Notes under the pieces: generated by a model
What the model saw: the letters and a program-made list of their open reading frames with translations, nothing else
What the model was told of the DNA's origin: nothing
Database searches by the model: none
Program-made: the position numbers and the translations under genes
NCBI GenBank assembly: GCA_050250895.1
Contig: JBFWNU010000001.1
Span: 96,001-160,000, forward strand
Origin: Vulcanimicrobiota bacterium
Lineage (GTDB): Bacteria; Vulcanimicrobiota; Xenobia; Xenobiales; JADMJV01
Direction of reading: 5' to 3'
Length of the DNA: 64,000 nt
Part shown: positions 1-9,613 of the stretch, piece after piece
Layout of the letters: each line of letters opens with the position of its first letter
Position numbering within the stretch: position 1 is the first letter of the stretch

Positions 1-798
1 CGCGCCGGTCGCGATCGCATCAACATGGCTGACTGCGAAGAGGCCATCGACCGCGTGCTGATGGGTCCCGAGCGCAAGAGCCGCATCATTCCCGAGCGCG
101 AGCGCGAACACACCGCCTACCACGAGGCCGGCCACGCTCTGGTGGCGCGAGCTCTGCCCGAATGCGACCCGGTCCGCAAGGTGACGATTCTGCCTCGTGG
201 CATGACCATGGGCGTGACCCACTCTACCCCCGAAGAAGATCGCTACAACTTCCGCAAAGACGACCTCGTCGCCCGCATCTGTATGCTGATGGGCGGCCGG
301 GCCGCCGAAGAGATCGCGTTTGGCGAGATCTTCACGGGCGCCCAGAGCGATATCGAAAGAGCTACCGACCTGGCCCGCGATATGGTCTGCCGCTACGGCA
401 TGAGCAACATCCTGGGACCGGTCAATCTAGGGGCCAAGAATTCCCAGGTATTTCTAGGCCGCGACCTGCACGAGACCCGCAACTTCTCGGAAGAGGTGGC
501 CCGCCAGATCGACGAGGAGGTTCGCCAGATCATCCAGGGCCAGTACGAACGGGCCAAGATGGTGCTCGAGGAGCAGCGCGACAAACTCGATCTGCTGGCG
601 TCTGAGCTGATCGTCTCCGAGGTTCTCGACGAAGAGGATCTCGACCGTGTGCTCGGCCCCTCGGGACGCCAGCTCAAGAGGCAAAGAGAGCAGCAGGAGC
701 CGGCCGCGCCTGCCGCTGCCCCCCAACGGGACGAAGAGACCTCTAAGCGCAGCAATCCTCTGTTGGGGGGACCGGCCCCCAAGCCAAACCCTGCGTGA
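1..798 (+). CDS. ftsH: ATP-dependent zinc metalloprotease FtsH, C-terminal part (5' partial)
   Basis: HEAGH zinc motif, GGRAAEE and TGAQSD peptidase M41 signatures; frame is open from position 1. Confidence 0.95.
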   Translation, partial: RAGRDRINMADCEEAIDRVLMGPERKSRIIPEREREHTAYHEAGHALVARALPECDPVRKVTILPRGMTMGVTHSTPEEDRYNFRKDDLVARICMLMGGRAAEEIAFGEIFTGAQSDIERATDLARDMVCRYGMSNILGPVNLGAKNSQVFLGRDLHETRNFSEEVARQIDEEVRQIIQGQYERAKMVLEEQRDKLDLLASELIVSEVLDEEDLDRVLGPSGRQLKRQREQQEPAAPAAAPQRDEETSKRSNPLLGGPAPKPNPA

Positions 799-1982
799 GC
801 CGTCCCATCGTTCTCTGCCTGGCTAGCTTTTTCAAAGGCCAACGGTTGCTGGAAGCCTATCATCAGCATGGGGCAAGTTTGGTACTGGTAGCCGAGGCAC
901 AACTCAAGGACCAGCCCTGGCCCGACTTTCTGGAAGAGAAGTTCTTTGTTTATGACATGCGCAACCTGGGCGACCTGAAGCGCGCCATCGCCTACCTGGC
1001 ACGGACCCGCCGCTTCGAACTCGTCGTGCCTCTGGAAGAGTATGTCATGGAAACGGCCGCCTTCTTGCGCGAGCAGTTCCAGTTGCCGGGGATCGGTGAA
1101 ACCCAAACCCGGCTGGTGCGCGACAAGCTGGCCATGCGCCATCGGGCCCGCCAACGAGGGGTGGCCGTGCCGGGGTTTGTTCATCTTTGTCACCACCCCG
1201 AGGTGGACGATTTTACCCATTCGGTGCCCCCGCCCTGGATGGTCAAGCCGCGCTGCGAAGGCGGGGCTGTTCAGATCGAAAAGCTGCACACCCCTCCGGA
1301 AGTGTGGAAGACCATCGAGCGACTGGGGGACCGTCAGGCCGACCACCTGCTCGAGCAGTTTATCCCCGGCGAGGTCTATCACGTCGACTCGTTGCTCTAT
1401 GATGGCGAAATTCTGCTCTCGGTGGCCAGCCGCTATGGCCGCCCCCCTTTCAACGTGTGGCACGAAGGGGGCGTCTTCAGCTCGCGCACCCTGCCGGACC
1501 ACGACCCGGTGGCCCGCGGGCTGGCAGACATCAATCGCCAGACCCTGCAGGCCCTCGAGGTCGAGCGCGGGGTGACCCATGCCGAATTCATTCGAACCCA
1601 GGACGGAAAGCTCTATTTCCTCGAAGTAGGAGCTCGGGTAGCCGGAGCCAACCTCGATCGCCTGGTCGAGGCAGCCACGGGAGTCAACCTTTTCGACGAA
1701 CTGGCCCGTCAAGAACTTTCCCGCCTGGCGGGTTCGTATCATTTCGAGGGCGCCAGAAATCGCTGCGCCGGGCTGGTGGTCTGCCTGTCGAAGATCTGTG
1801 ATCCCGACCTGCGCGAATTCGACGACCCCGAAATCGTCTGGCGTTTGCAGAAAGGCAACCACGCCGGCCTGGTGGTGGCCGCCGAGACGGCCCATCGAGT
1901 GGAAGTCCTCGTCAATGACTATGTCGAACGCTTCACCGCCCACTATCTGGCCGTGCTGCCTCCAGCGGACCGGCCGGCTTGA
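795..1982 (+). CDS. ATP-grasp domain protein
   Basis: RDK..MR, VKP, LLEQFIPG, HAEF and YFLEVGAR motifs; GTGA overlap with ftsH stop. Confidence 0.85.
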   Translation: MSRPIVLCLASFFKGQRLLEAYHQHGASLVLVAEAQLKDQPWPDFLEEKFFVYDMRNLGDLKRAIAYLARTRRFELVVPLEEYVMETAAFLREQFQLPGIGETQTRLVRDKLAMRHRARQRGVAVPGFVHLCHHPEVDDFTHSVPPPWMVKPRCEGGAVQIEKLHTPPEVWKTIERLGDRQADHLLEQFIPGEVYHVDSLLYDGEILLSVASRYGRPPFNVWHEGGVFSSRTLPDHDPVARGLADINRQTLQALEVERGVTHAEFIRTQDGKLYFLEVGARVAGANLDRLVEAATGVNLFDELARQELSRLAGSYHFEGARNRCAGLVVCLSKICDPDLREFDDPEIVWRLQKGNHAGLVVAAETAHRVEVLVNDYVERFTAHYLAVLPPADRPA

Positions 1983-2554
1983 TCCACCAGGGGCTGGAGG
2001 TCTGCCTCTTCGAGCAATACCAGGGTTGGCTCGACTGGCTCGACCAGAACCACACTCAGACCGAGAGCATCTGGCTGCAGTTCGCCAAGAAGGCCAGCTC
2101 GAAGCGTTCGCTCAGCTACGAGGAGGCACGCGAGGGGGCCCTGCGCTACGGGTGGATCGACGGCCTCAAGAATCGCCTCGACGACGACTATCACCTGATC
2201 AAGTTCTCGCCCCGCCGGCCCCGCAGCCGTTGGTCGAAAATCAATCGCGAACTGTGTGAGCAACTTCTGGCCGAGGGCAAGATGTTTCCCTCGGGACGCG
2301 CTCAGGTCGAGGCGGCCCAAGCCGACGGACGCTGGGAGGCTGCTTATCCTTCCCAGGCGACCATCGAGGTTCCCGACGATCTAAAGGCAGCGCTCACGGC
2401 CAATCCCAAAGCGCTCGAAACCTTCCAACGGTTGACCAGTTCGCAACGCTTCAGCATTCTCTATCGGCTCCACGACGCCAGGCGACCCGAGACCCGCCAG
2501 CGCCGTCTGGATCAGTTTCTGGCCCTGCTGCTGGAGGGCAAGCCTCCGCGTTAG
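1979..2554 (+). CDS. YdeI/OmpD-associated family protein
   Basis: WL..NH, ALRYGWIDG, FSPRRPRSRWS.IN, C-terminal A..PETR.RR. Confidence 0.9.
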   Translation: MIHQGLEVCLFEQYQGWLDWLDQNHTQTESIWLQFAKKASSKRSLSYEEAREGALRYGWIDGLKNRLDDDYHLIKFSPRRPRSRWSKINRELCEQLLAEGKMFPSGRAQVEAAQADGRWEAAYPSQATIEVPDDLKAALTANPKALETFQRLTSSQRFSILYRLHDARRPETRQRRLDQFLALLLEGKPPR

Positions 2555-2592
2555 AAGCAGGTCTTTTCAGCCCGGCTCTCCAACCTCCGACC

Positions 2593-3066
2593 ATGCGTCG
2601 AGTCTTGTTTTTCCTCTTGCTCTGCCCCCTGTTGGCCTTCGGGCAAGACCAGGTCAGCCAGGTCAGCTCGTTTCACGACTCCTTTGGCAACCTCGGCAGC
2701 TTTTGGCTGGTGCGCTATCAAGGCAAGGACTATGCCCTCTTCAAACTCAAGAGCAACGACGAAGAGGGCGACGCCGACATCGTACTCGACGCTGATAGCT
2801 TTGCGAAGTTCGAAGAGCTGGTGGAGGGCCTGCACCGCTCCAAGAACTCGCTCAAAGACGATGGCTTCACTGTGCTCGATACGCTCAAATCCGACCAGGC
2901 CACCCTGGCGGCCATTCACGGCCGCCTCAACGGAGTGCGCTTCAAACTGTTGCAGATCACGGTGGAAAAACCGGGGGAGCCCAAACGCGAGCACCGCATC
3001 ACCATCGATGACTACAGCGGCCTGCGCTCGGCTCTAGCCAAGTTCAAACGCAAGCTCCCCTGGTGA
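2593..3066 (+). CDS. Hypothetical secreted protein
   Basis: N-terminal signal peptide (MRRVLFFLLLCPLLAFG); host-like codon usage. Confidence 0.75.
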   Translation: MRRVLFFLLLCPLLAFGQDQVSQVSSFHDSFGNLGSFWLVRYQGKDYALFKLKSNDEEGDADIVLDADSFAKFEELVEGLHRSKNSLKDDGFTVLDTLKSDQATLAAIHGRLNGVRFKLLQITVEKPGEPKREHRITIDDYSGLRSALAKFKRKLPW

Positions 3067-3103
3067 GGAAGGCTCCTGGAGCCGCGCCGTAGAATGATTC
3101 CCT

Positions 3104-3640
3104 ATGGATCTGACCGCCCCCTCACTGCCGGTTCCCGACTTCGTGCTCTTGCCGGGCTGCACCGTGACCCTCCAGATTGGTCACCCCGAGCTGCTGCGTC
3201 AGGTCCGACTCGCTGCCGAACATCGCAACTTTCTCTGGGTGCGCCGCGATCACCCCGGCGCTCAGATGGGCTGCCTATCCGAGGTTCGTTCGGTGACCCG
3301 CAACGCCACCGGCTACGCCGTGCACCTGGTCGGCCTGCAGAGATTTCGTTCTCTCATCGAGATGCACACCGCCAAGGGAGTCCTGGCTGTCGGCCAGATC
3401 CCTCAGCAGATAGCGTTGCAAGGCGAACTGCCCGAACTGCCCGGGCTGCCGAAAATGGTGGCCGAGCTGCGCGGTCAAGTGGCTCCCGAGCTGTGGCTCG
3501 ACATGGCGGCCTTTCACTTGCGCCTTAGTCCCGACGACAAGCAGGCTCTGCTAGCCCAGGCCGATGCCAACCTGCGGGCCCAGTATCTGCAAGAGTGTCG
3601 GCCCCAGCCCAAGCCCAAGCTGGCCTACTGCGCCAACTAA
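3104..3640 (+). CDS. LON peptidase substrate-binding domain-like protein (stand-alone)
   Basis: VLLPG..V.L.I, GL.RFR and KQALL....R patterns of Lon N-domain proteins. Confidence 0.6.
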   Translation: MDLTAPSLPVPDFVLLPGCTVTLQIGHPELLRQVRLAAEHRNFLWVRRDHPGAQMGCLSEVRSVTRNATGYAVHLVGLQRFRSLIEMHTAKGVLAVGQIPQQIALQGELPELPGLPKMVAELRGQVAPELWLDMAAFHLRLSPDDKQALLAQADANLRAQYLQECRPQPKPKLAYCAN

Positions 3641-3701
3641 TTTCCCTTTCACTGGAGGGATGATAAGCCGCCCAGGCAATTGCCCAAGTGGGGAGATTTG
3701 C

Positions 3702-4433
3702 ATGGTTTATCAAGCTCTAGGTGTAAAGTTCCACCCTGTGACCCGGGCCCAGGCCGTCGACCGGGTGCGAGAAATGCTAACTCAGGATCGTTTTCACCAG
3801 GTCGTCACCCTGGGCACCGAGATGGTGATGCGAGCCCAAGAAAATGGCGAGTTTCGCGAGGTAGTCAATCAGGCCGATCTGGTGACCGCCGATGGGGTCG
3901 GGTTGGTGCTGGCCTCGAAGCTCTGCAACCTCCATACGCCCGAACGGGTGGCCGGTATCGAACTGTTGGTGCAGCTGATGGAGCACCTGCCGCGGGAGGT
4001 CAAGTATTTCTTGCTGGGAGCCGCCCCCGGAGTGGCCGAACAAGCGGCCCAGAACCTGCGCGCCCAATACCCGGGTCTGGCCATCGTGGGTGTCCAGGAC
4101 GGCTACTTCCAAGACGACGAGGCGGTCTTGCAAGCCATTGAAGAGTCAGGAGCCCACGTACTGCTAGTGGGTCTCGGCTCGCCTCGCCAGGAGGACTGGC
4201 TCTATCGCCATCGCCATCGCCTGACCGCCCGCGTCGGCATCGGCGTCGGTGGCAGCTTCGATGTCATCAGCGGTCGATTGTCACGCGCTCCCCGGTGGAT
4301 GATCGCTCTCCACCTCGAGTGGCTCTATCGCCTGCTGCGCGAACCACGGCGCATCCTGCGCATGATGGCCCTGCCGCGCTTTGCCTGGCGAGTGCTCGTT
4401 TCGGGCGGACGGGCCGTCCAACAGCTGCTCTAG
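3702..4433 (+). CDS. WecB/TagA/CpsF family glycosyltransferase
   Basis: ADG.G, ERVAGI, FLLGA.PG, VGLGSPRQE, GVGGSFD, RAP.W...LEWLYRL..EP.R. Confidence 0.95.
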   Translation: MVYQALGVKFHPVTRAQAVDRVREMLTQDRFHQVVTLGTEMVMRAQENGEFREVVNQADLVTADGVGLVLASKLCNLHTPERVAGIELLVQLMEHLPREVKYFLLGAAPGVAEQAAQNLRAQYPGLAIVGVQDGYFQDDEAVLQAIEESGAHVLLVGLGSPRQEDWLYRHRHRLTARVGIGVGGSFDVISGRLSRAPRWMIALHLEWLYRLLREPRRILRMMALPRFAWRVLVSGGRAVQQLL

Positions 4434-4439
4434 CCGCCT

Positions 4440-5162
4440 CTACCTACCTGGAGTTTTCGCGCCGCGAAAACCGACATCGTGTCAGGTCACCCCGACTTGC
4501 TCGATGGCAAAGGCATAGACTCTGTTATCCCGGGCGGGGTAGCCGTAGGCGCCGCCGCGAATCAGGTGGCGGACCGGCCTGCCGGGGTAGTCGTCGGCCA
4601 CCCATTCCCAGGCGTTGCCCACCATGTCGAGACACCCGTACGGGCTGGCTCCGCCGGGAAAGCTGCCGACCGCGGCCAGCCTCGAGGTGAGCGAGCAGAC
4701 GTTGGGTCGATGCTCGGCCCGGCCCACGTTGGCCAGCTTCTGGTCGTAGCGGTTGCCCCAGGGATAGGTTCGTCCGTCGGTGCCGCGGGCGGCTTTCTCC
4801 CACTCGAGTGCGGTGGGTAGTCGCTTGCCCATCAAAGCCAGGAGCTCGGCTGCCTGCGGTCGGGTGAAACCGGTGGCTGGATGGTCGTCTTCGCCAGCCG
4901 CAAAACGATGCTCCGGCTTGACGGCCTTGACCTGGGCGTTGGTGACTTCGGTAAGGTCGATGTAGAAACTGGCCACCCGGACCGGCCGCAAGGCACCGAC
5001 CTCGCTGTCGGCATCGGCGTCGTTGCTGCCGGTCAGGAACTCGCCGGCGGGCACCAGCACCATGCCTTCCGGAGTGGCCTGCTGCAATTGCTCGAGGCTC
5101 GGCGGTTGGGCACAGGCCAGAGCCAACACCAACAGAAGCGGCAACCAGTGGGAGCGAGTCAT
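4440..5162 (-). CDS. FGE/SUMF1-family (FGE-sulfatase domain) lipoprotein, probable selenoprotein with in-frame TGA at 4482-4484
   Basis: EVTNAQ, RLPT..EWEKAARG, SPYG..DMVGNAWEW, RGG motifs; lipobox LALAC. Reading through TGA gives T-U-HDVGFRGAKTPGR-stop and restores the family C-terminal GFR motif. Without readthrough the CDS is 4482-5162. Confidence 0.8.
4453..4471 (-). promoter_or_regulatory. Putative bacterial SECIS hairpin
   Basis: GTTTTCGC-GGC-GCGAAAAC, a perfect 8-bp stem beginning 10 nt after the in-frame TGA, with a G-starting loop. Confidence 0.55.
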
Positions 5163-5212
5163 GCTAGTGCAAACCTTCGAGGCAGCCGCAACGTTCCCAT
5201 TTCCAGGACATT

Positions 5213-6415
5213 TTGCCGACCGTGGGGTATTTCTATCATGTGGGAGCTGGGCTGGCGTTATATCTTCATTTTCCTTACTGTCGCAGCCGGTGCACTTATT
5301 GTGACTTCAACGCCCACGCCGCCCCCGAGACGCCCGAGCCGCAAGCCCGCTACATCGCCGCCCTGCTGACCGACATTGCCAACCAGCCCGATCATGCCAT
5401 CGAGACCATCTTCCTGGGGGGCGGTACCCCCAGCCTCAATCGCGCGCAAGATCTGGTGGCCGTGCTCGAGGCCTGCCGGCGCCAGTTTCGCCTGAGTCCC
5501 CAGGCCGAGGTCACCATGGAGGCCAACCCCGGAACCGTGGACGAGGCCAAACTCGCAGCCGTGCGCGCGGCCGGTATCAATCGCCTGTCGCTGGGTGTCC
5601 AGAGTTTCGAGCCCCACCTTCTCAAGCTGCTCAATCGCATTCACGACGTGGGAGAGGTCGAAGAGGCGGTGGCGGCCGCCCGCCGGGTGGGCTTTGACAA
5701 CCTGAGTCTCGACCTGATCTATGGGCTTCCGCAGCAGACCGTGGCGGGCTGGGAGCACACTTTGACCAAAGCCATCGAGTGCCAGCCCGAGCACCTCTCG
5801 GTCTATCAGCTGACGGTCGAGCCCTCGACCCGGCTCGAAGCCCAGATCGCCAACGGCGAACTGAGTCTTCCCGAGGAAGAGGTGATGCTGGCCATGGACG
5901 CCCTCACCCAAACGCGTCTGGCCACAGCCGGCTACCGGCGCTACGAAATCTCGAACTGGTCCAGACCCGGCCGCGACTGCCGCCACAACCTGATCTACTG
6001 GCGCGACGAGCAGTACCTGGGGCTGGGCTGTGGGGCCGTTTCGTACCTGGACGGCTGGCGCAGCAAGCGCATCATGCATCCCCACTATTACTGCGCTGCC
6101 ATCGAGTCGGGTCGCAACCCCCTCAGCGAGGGCGAGCGACTGGGCACCGAAAAAGCCCTAAAGGACACCGTCATGCTGGGGCTGCGAACCCTCGAAGGCC
6201 TGCCCCTGGAGCGGCTACGCCGCCGCTACCCCGAGCTAGACCTGACCCCGTTGCTTGATTTCTTCGCCTCGCTTCCTCCCGAGTGGGTGACCCAGAACGG
6301 CGAAGTGGTGCGCTTGACTCGAGCCGGCGCCGACCTTTCCAACGAGGTCTTCTTTCGCCTGATGGACACGGCTCTGACCCTTTCATGCATATTTCAGCCG
6401 CAGGAGGTAGCCTAG
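5213..6415 (+). CDS. hemW: Radical SAM heme chaperone HemW (true start may be GTG 5240)
   Basis: LYLHFPYC...C.YCDF, GGGTPS, EANP, YEISN, HNLIYW. Confidence 0.9.
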   Translation: MPTVGYFYHVGAGLALYLHFPYCRSRCTYCDFNAHAAPETPEPQARYIAALLTDIANQPDHAIETIFLGGGTPSLNRAQDLVAVLEACRRQFRLSPQAEVTMEANPGTVDEAKLAAVRAAGINRLSLGVQSFEPHLLKLLNRIHDVGEVEEAVAAARRVGFDNLSLDLIYGLPQQTVAGWEHTLTKAIECQPEHLSVYQLTVEPSTRLEAQIANGELSLPEEEVMLAMDALTQTRLATAGYRRYEISNWSRPGRDCRHNLIYWRDEQYLGLGCGAVSYLDGWRSKRIMHPHYYCAAIESGRNPLSEGERLGTEKALKDTVMLGLRTLEGLPLERLRRRYPELDLTPLLDFFASLPPEWVTQNGEVVRLTRAGADLSNEVFFRLMDTALTLSCIFQPQEVA

Positions 6416-6424
6416 AGGGTACCA

Positions 6425-9400
6425 ATGCGGGTCAATCCATCAAATATCAAGCCAACATCCCCCCCGGTGCAACGGGCTGAAACCAGCCCCACGCCCCCCG
6501 AGTCAGAGAAAGTCGACTCGGTCGACATCTCTAAAGACGGCCCTCTCAAGAAGGCCGGGCAGATTGCGCGGCGGGTGGGCCGCTGGCTGGCGGGCGCCTA
6601 TGACGCTACCAAGACCGCCATGGCGATCGCTCCCACCCTGGGACACCTGGTGATCGCCCGCGAGCTGGCCCGCCTCGAAGGTTTCGTGACCGGCAAAGAG
6701 CCGATGACTGCCATCGACTACCTACGCGCCCGAGCCCCCGGACTCTACTCCCGCAATATCAGTGGGCTGCTCGACGTGGCGTCGGGTCCTAGTGAATCGA
6801 TGGGTCTTTCCCTGGATAGCCTGCTCGAGGTCGAGCGCCATTTCTATCAAGTGCTGGCTCCGGTCAAGAACGCCACCGGCATCAAACAGGTGCCCCCTTT
6901 CATCCGCGAACTCGCCGAAGCCCCGTTTCGTCCACCGGGCACCCCTTACAGCGCCTTCGTTTTTCTGGGTGACCAGCGCAAAGCCGACGCCGCCCACATC
7001 ATGACTCTGTGGAACAGCCCTGACCGCCCCCCGGTCAATCCCTTTGACGAGACCGACGATCGCCACCGCATCTGGCAGGCGCTGGGCGAGATGTCCCAGG
7101 AGAACACCCTGCCCGTTTTCGTCGACCTTGACAACAACGCTTTCACCTATACCGGCACCGAGTTCATGGCCAAGCGCACGCTGGCCTCGATGGTCGAGCG
7201 CAACAACAACTTCGGGGATGGCTTCCTCGATGCCGGGCTCTACTACAGCTGGCTGACCACCCGCCTTGACTCGTATTATAAGGTGCTCGAGCCCTGGCTG
7301 CGCGAGCGCAATCCCGAGCTGGTCGGCCAGACCGATCAGATCAAGACGGCCCTCACCCCACCCTGGCTCGGCGGTAGCAAGAGCGGCCTGGGCCCCTGGC
7401 CCTCGACCGGCGCCGTCGGGAAGGCCCTCGACATCTTTCGAGAGCTCGGCAAGAAAGTCGACTACGACAAGGAGACGGCCGAGGGATTGTGCGCCTTCGC
7501 CGATGCCGCCGTCACCCTGGACCGCGATCTGCTGACCGGGGTCCAGACCCACTGGATCAAGTTGCTGCGAGAGGTCGGTCACGAAGGCCGTCATGACATT
7601 CTCAAGCCGCTGCAACGCGCCTGGATTCACCTCAACATCATCGACCCCAGCCACCCCGATTTCGATCTCGTTTCTCCCGCGCAGGCTCCCTTGCTGGAGG
7701 TGCTCGAGGGTCCGCCGCCCGTCATCCATCGGCGTCCCTATGACCGCTCGCTAGCCATTGGCGAGGTGGTCGACCACAGTCTCGACGGGTTGGGCATCAG
7801 CGAGCGCCGGGCTTATGTCACCGAAACCAAAGCCGGCATTGCCGCCCACAAAGGCAACCTCGAGCGCCGCGAACTGCGCGTGCGCGAGGCCGTTCCCAAC
7901 TATGGGGGGCTCGACATCGGCCGGGTGCTGCGCGGCGAGTATGAATTGAGCGAAGTCAACGAGCGGCTCAAAGAGCTCAAGGCCTCGCTCAACGGCGAAG
8001 AACTACCTCGCGACCAGAACCTCGAGGTACATCGCCATTACGCCATTCTCGACTGGTATGCCAACGCCGACCGCCGCTACGGCGACGTGGATATCGGATT
8101 GCTGGCCGACGCGCCGCTATTTCGCGAGAGTCCGCTGGCGGTGAGCGAGTATTATCAGCCCGGCCAGACCGGCTACGTCAGCATGTTCCCGCCCGAAAAG
8201 CCGGCCGAGGTCAAGCTGGCCGAAGGCCAGCAAGAGCCCAAAGTCATGAACGTTTCGCAGGTGTTCGAGGGCGGCGGCGGCCGCGGTTTTGCCTATGTCG
8301 AGTGTCTCAAACAGTTGCACGAGAGCCTTGAGAAGAACGAAGGCCTCTTCCGCATCGACGAGTTCGTGGGAACTTCGGCCGGGTCGATCACGGCCATGTT
8401 CCGGGCTGCAGGCTTTCAACCCAACGAGATGCGGGGCGTGCTCGAGCGCGTCGACTTCAAGGAATTCAACTCCGACGCCATCTGGTTGATGGGCGGGGTG
8501 GACCCGAAGGTGCGTGGGGTGAACCGCACCGGCATCTTCTCGATGCAGAAGATGTACAAGACCGTCTATCAGCTGCTTTCAGAGAAGTTGGGCATCGAAG
8601 GGCGACCGATTCTGTTCCGCGATCTGCCCAACAAGCTCAAGCTGGTCACCATCGTGCTCAACACCGACCTGCCCGAAGACGATCCGCTGCGCCAACTCAT
8701 CGCCGACGACGGCCGGTTCGTCATGAGCAGCGAAACCACACCCAATTTCGACGTGGTGGGCGCAGTGCTGGCCTCTTCAGCCGTCCCCGGCTACTTTCAC
8801 TCTCCCCAGATGGAGGTGGCCCGAGCCGGCACCGATGACGAGGGAAATCAAGAGATTCGTCGCTATCGCATGCAATTTAGCGACGGAGGCGTGGTCGACA
8901 ACCTGTCCATTTCTTCGGCCACCAAGGACTCCGACAAGCGCGCCCTGCTGGTACTCCCCGCCCACTACCAGACCGTCGACCCCGAAACCGGCGAAGTCAT
9001 CAGTCTCGACACCCTCAACTTCGACACCTCGAATCTCGACAAGATCGACGAGCACAACAAGATGCTCTATCGTCGTTTCACCCCGCAGCTGAGCGAACTG
9101 CTTCATCAGGCCAACCAGCTGGGCACCGAGCGCACAGTCATGGCCTTCAATCTCGGCACCGACAGCCAGCAGAAGCTTCCGGCCCTGCTGGGCTCGAACT
9201 ATGACCAGACCGAAGAATTACACCAACTGGCCGAGCTGCAAGGCTTTGCTCGCCTTTCGATGGAGGATAGCCGGGCCGTGGTCGACAGCGCCACCTCGAA
9301 GCCGGGCACGTTCAACAAGGTTCTGGGTTTCCTCTTCGATCGCTACGTCGACGGGGTCAGCGGCGAAGACAACGGATTCGAGCCGACCCACGACGGCGGC

Positions 9401-9613
9401 AAGTTCCATCCCGGCACCACCGAAGAAGAAGATATTCTCGACATCGGCCGTTCAGCCGGAGCCTGCGCCCTGGCCAACACCACCGAAGAGTTCCACCAGC
9501 GACGCTTCGAGACGCCGCCGAACGCAGACGGAAGTCGAGCAGACGGTAGTCGAGCAGACGGTAGTGGTCAGACGGTAGACGGTAGAAGTTCTGGGTGGAA
9601 ACTGACATCCTAG
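6425..9613 (+). CDS. Large patatin-like phospholipase domain protein
   Basis: GGGGRG oxyanion loop, GTSAG nucleophile, SSAVPG and DGG in the C-terminal half; N-terminal ~600 aa unrecognised. Confidence 0.85.
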   Translation: MRVNPSNIKPTSPPVQRAETSPTPPESEKVDSVDISKDGPLKKAGQIARRVGRWLAGAYDATKTAMAIAPTLGHLVIARELARLEGFVTGKEPMTAIDYLRARAPGLYSRNISGLLDVASGPSESMGLSLDSLLEVERHFYQVLAPVKNATGIKQVPPFIRELAEAPFRPPGTPYSAFVFLGDQRKADAAHIMTLWNSPDRPPVNPFDETDDRHRIWQALGEMSQENTLPVFVDLDNNAFTYTGTEFMAKRTLASMVERNNNFGDGFLDAGLYYSWLTTRLDSYYKVLEPWLRERNPELVGQTDQIKTALTPPWLGGSKSGLGPWPSTGAVGKALDIFRELGKKVDYDKETAEGLCAFADAAVTLDRDLLTGVQTHWIKLLREVGHEGRHDILKPLQRAWIHLNIIDPSHPDFDLVSPAQAPLLEVLEGPPPVIHRRPYDRSLAIGEVVDHSLDGLGISERRAYVTETKAGIAAHKGNLERRELRVREAVPNYGGLDIGRVLRGEYELSEVNERLKELKASLNGEELPRDQNLEVHRHYAILDWYANADRRYGDVDIGLLADAPLFRESPLAVSEYYQPGQTGYVSMFPPEKPAEVKLAEGQQEPKVMNVSQVFEGGGGRGFAYVECLKQLHESLEKNEGLFRIDEFVGTSAGSITAMFRAAGFQPNEMRGVLERVDFKEFNSDAIWLMGGVDPKVRGVNRTGIFSMQKMYKTVYQLLSEKLGIEGRPILFRDLPNKLKLVTIVLNTDLPEDDPLRQLIADDGRFVMSSETTPNFDVVGAVLASSAVPGYFHSPQMEVARAGTDDEGNQEIRRYRMQFSDGGVVDNLSISSATKDSDKRALLVLPAHYQTVDPETGEVISLDTLNFDTSNLDKIDEHNKMLYRRFTPQLSELLHQANQLGTERTVMAFNLGTDSQQKLPALLGSNYDQTEELHQLAELQGFARLSMEDSRAVVDSATSKPGTFNKVLGFLFDRYVDGVSGEDNGFEPTHDGGKFHPGTTEEEDILDIGRSAGACALANTTEEFHQRRFETPPNADGSRADGSRADGSGQTVDGRSSGWKLTS
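9525..9590 (+). repeat. 15-bp direct repeats (GCAGACGGTAGTCGA-like) encoding ADGSR repeats at the patatin gene 3' end
   Basis: About three full copies plus degenerate ones. Confidence 0.7.

Noticed and set aside
393-1943. Long antisense ORFs (this one, and e.g. 23217-24449, 45664-47043, 50976-51935, 56381-57376)
   Set aside because: Shadow ORFs opposite well-supported genes, expected at high GC content.
4482-4484. Genome-wide TGA reassignment (Trp/Gly) as the reason for the in-frame TGA
   Set aside because: TGA ends many well-defined genes here (ftsH, recA, flgD, motA) and takes part in ATGA/GTGA overlaps.
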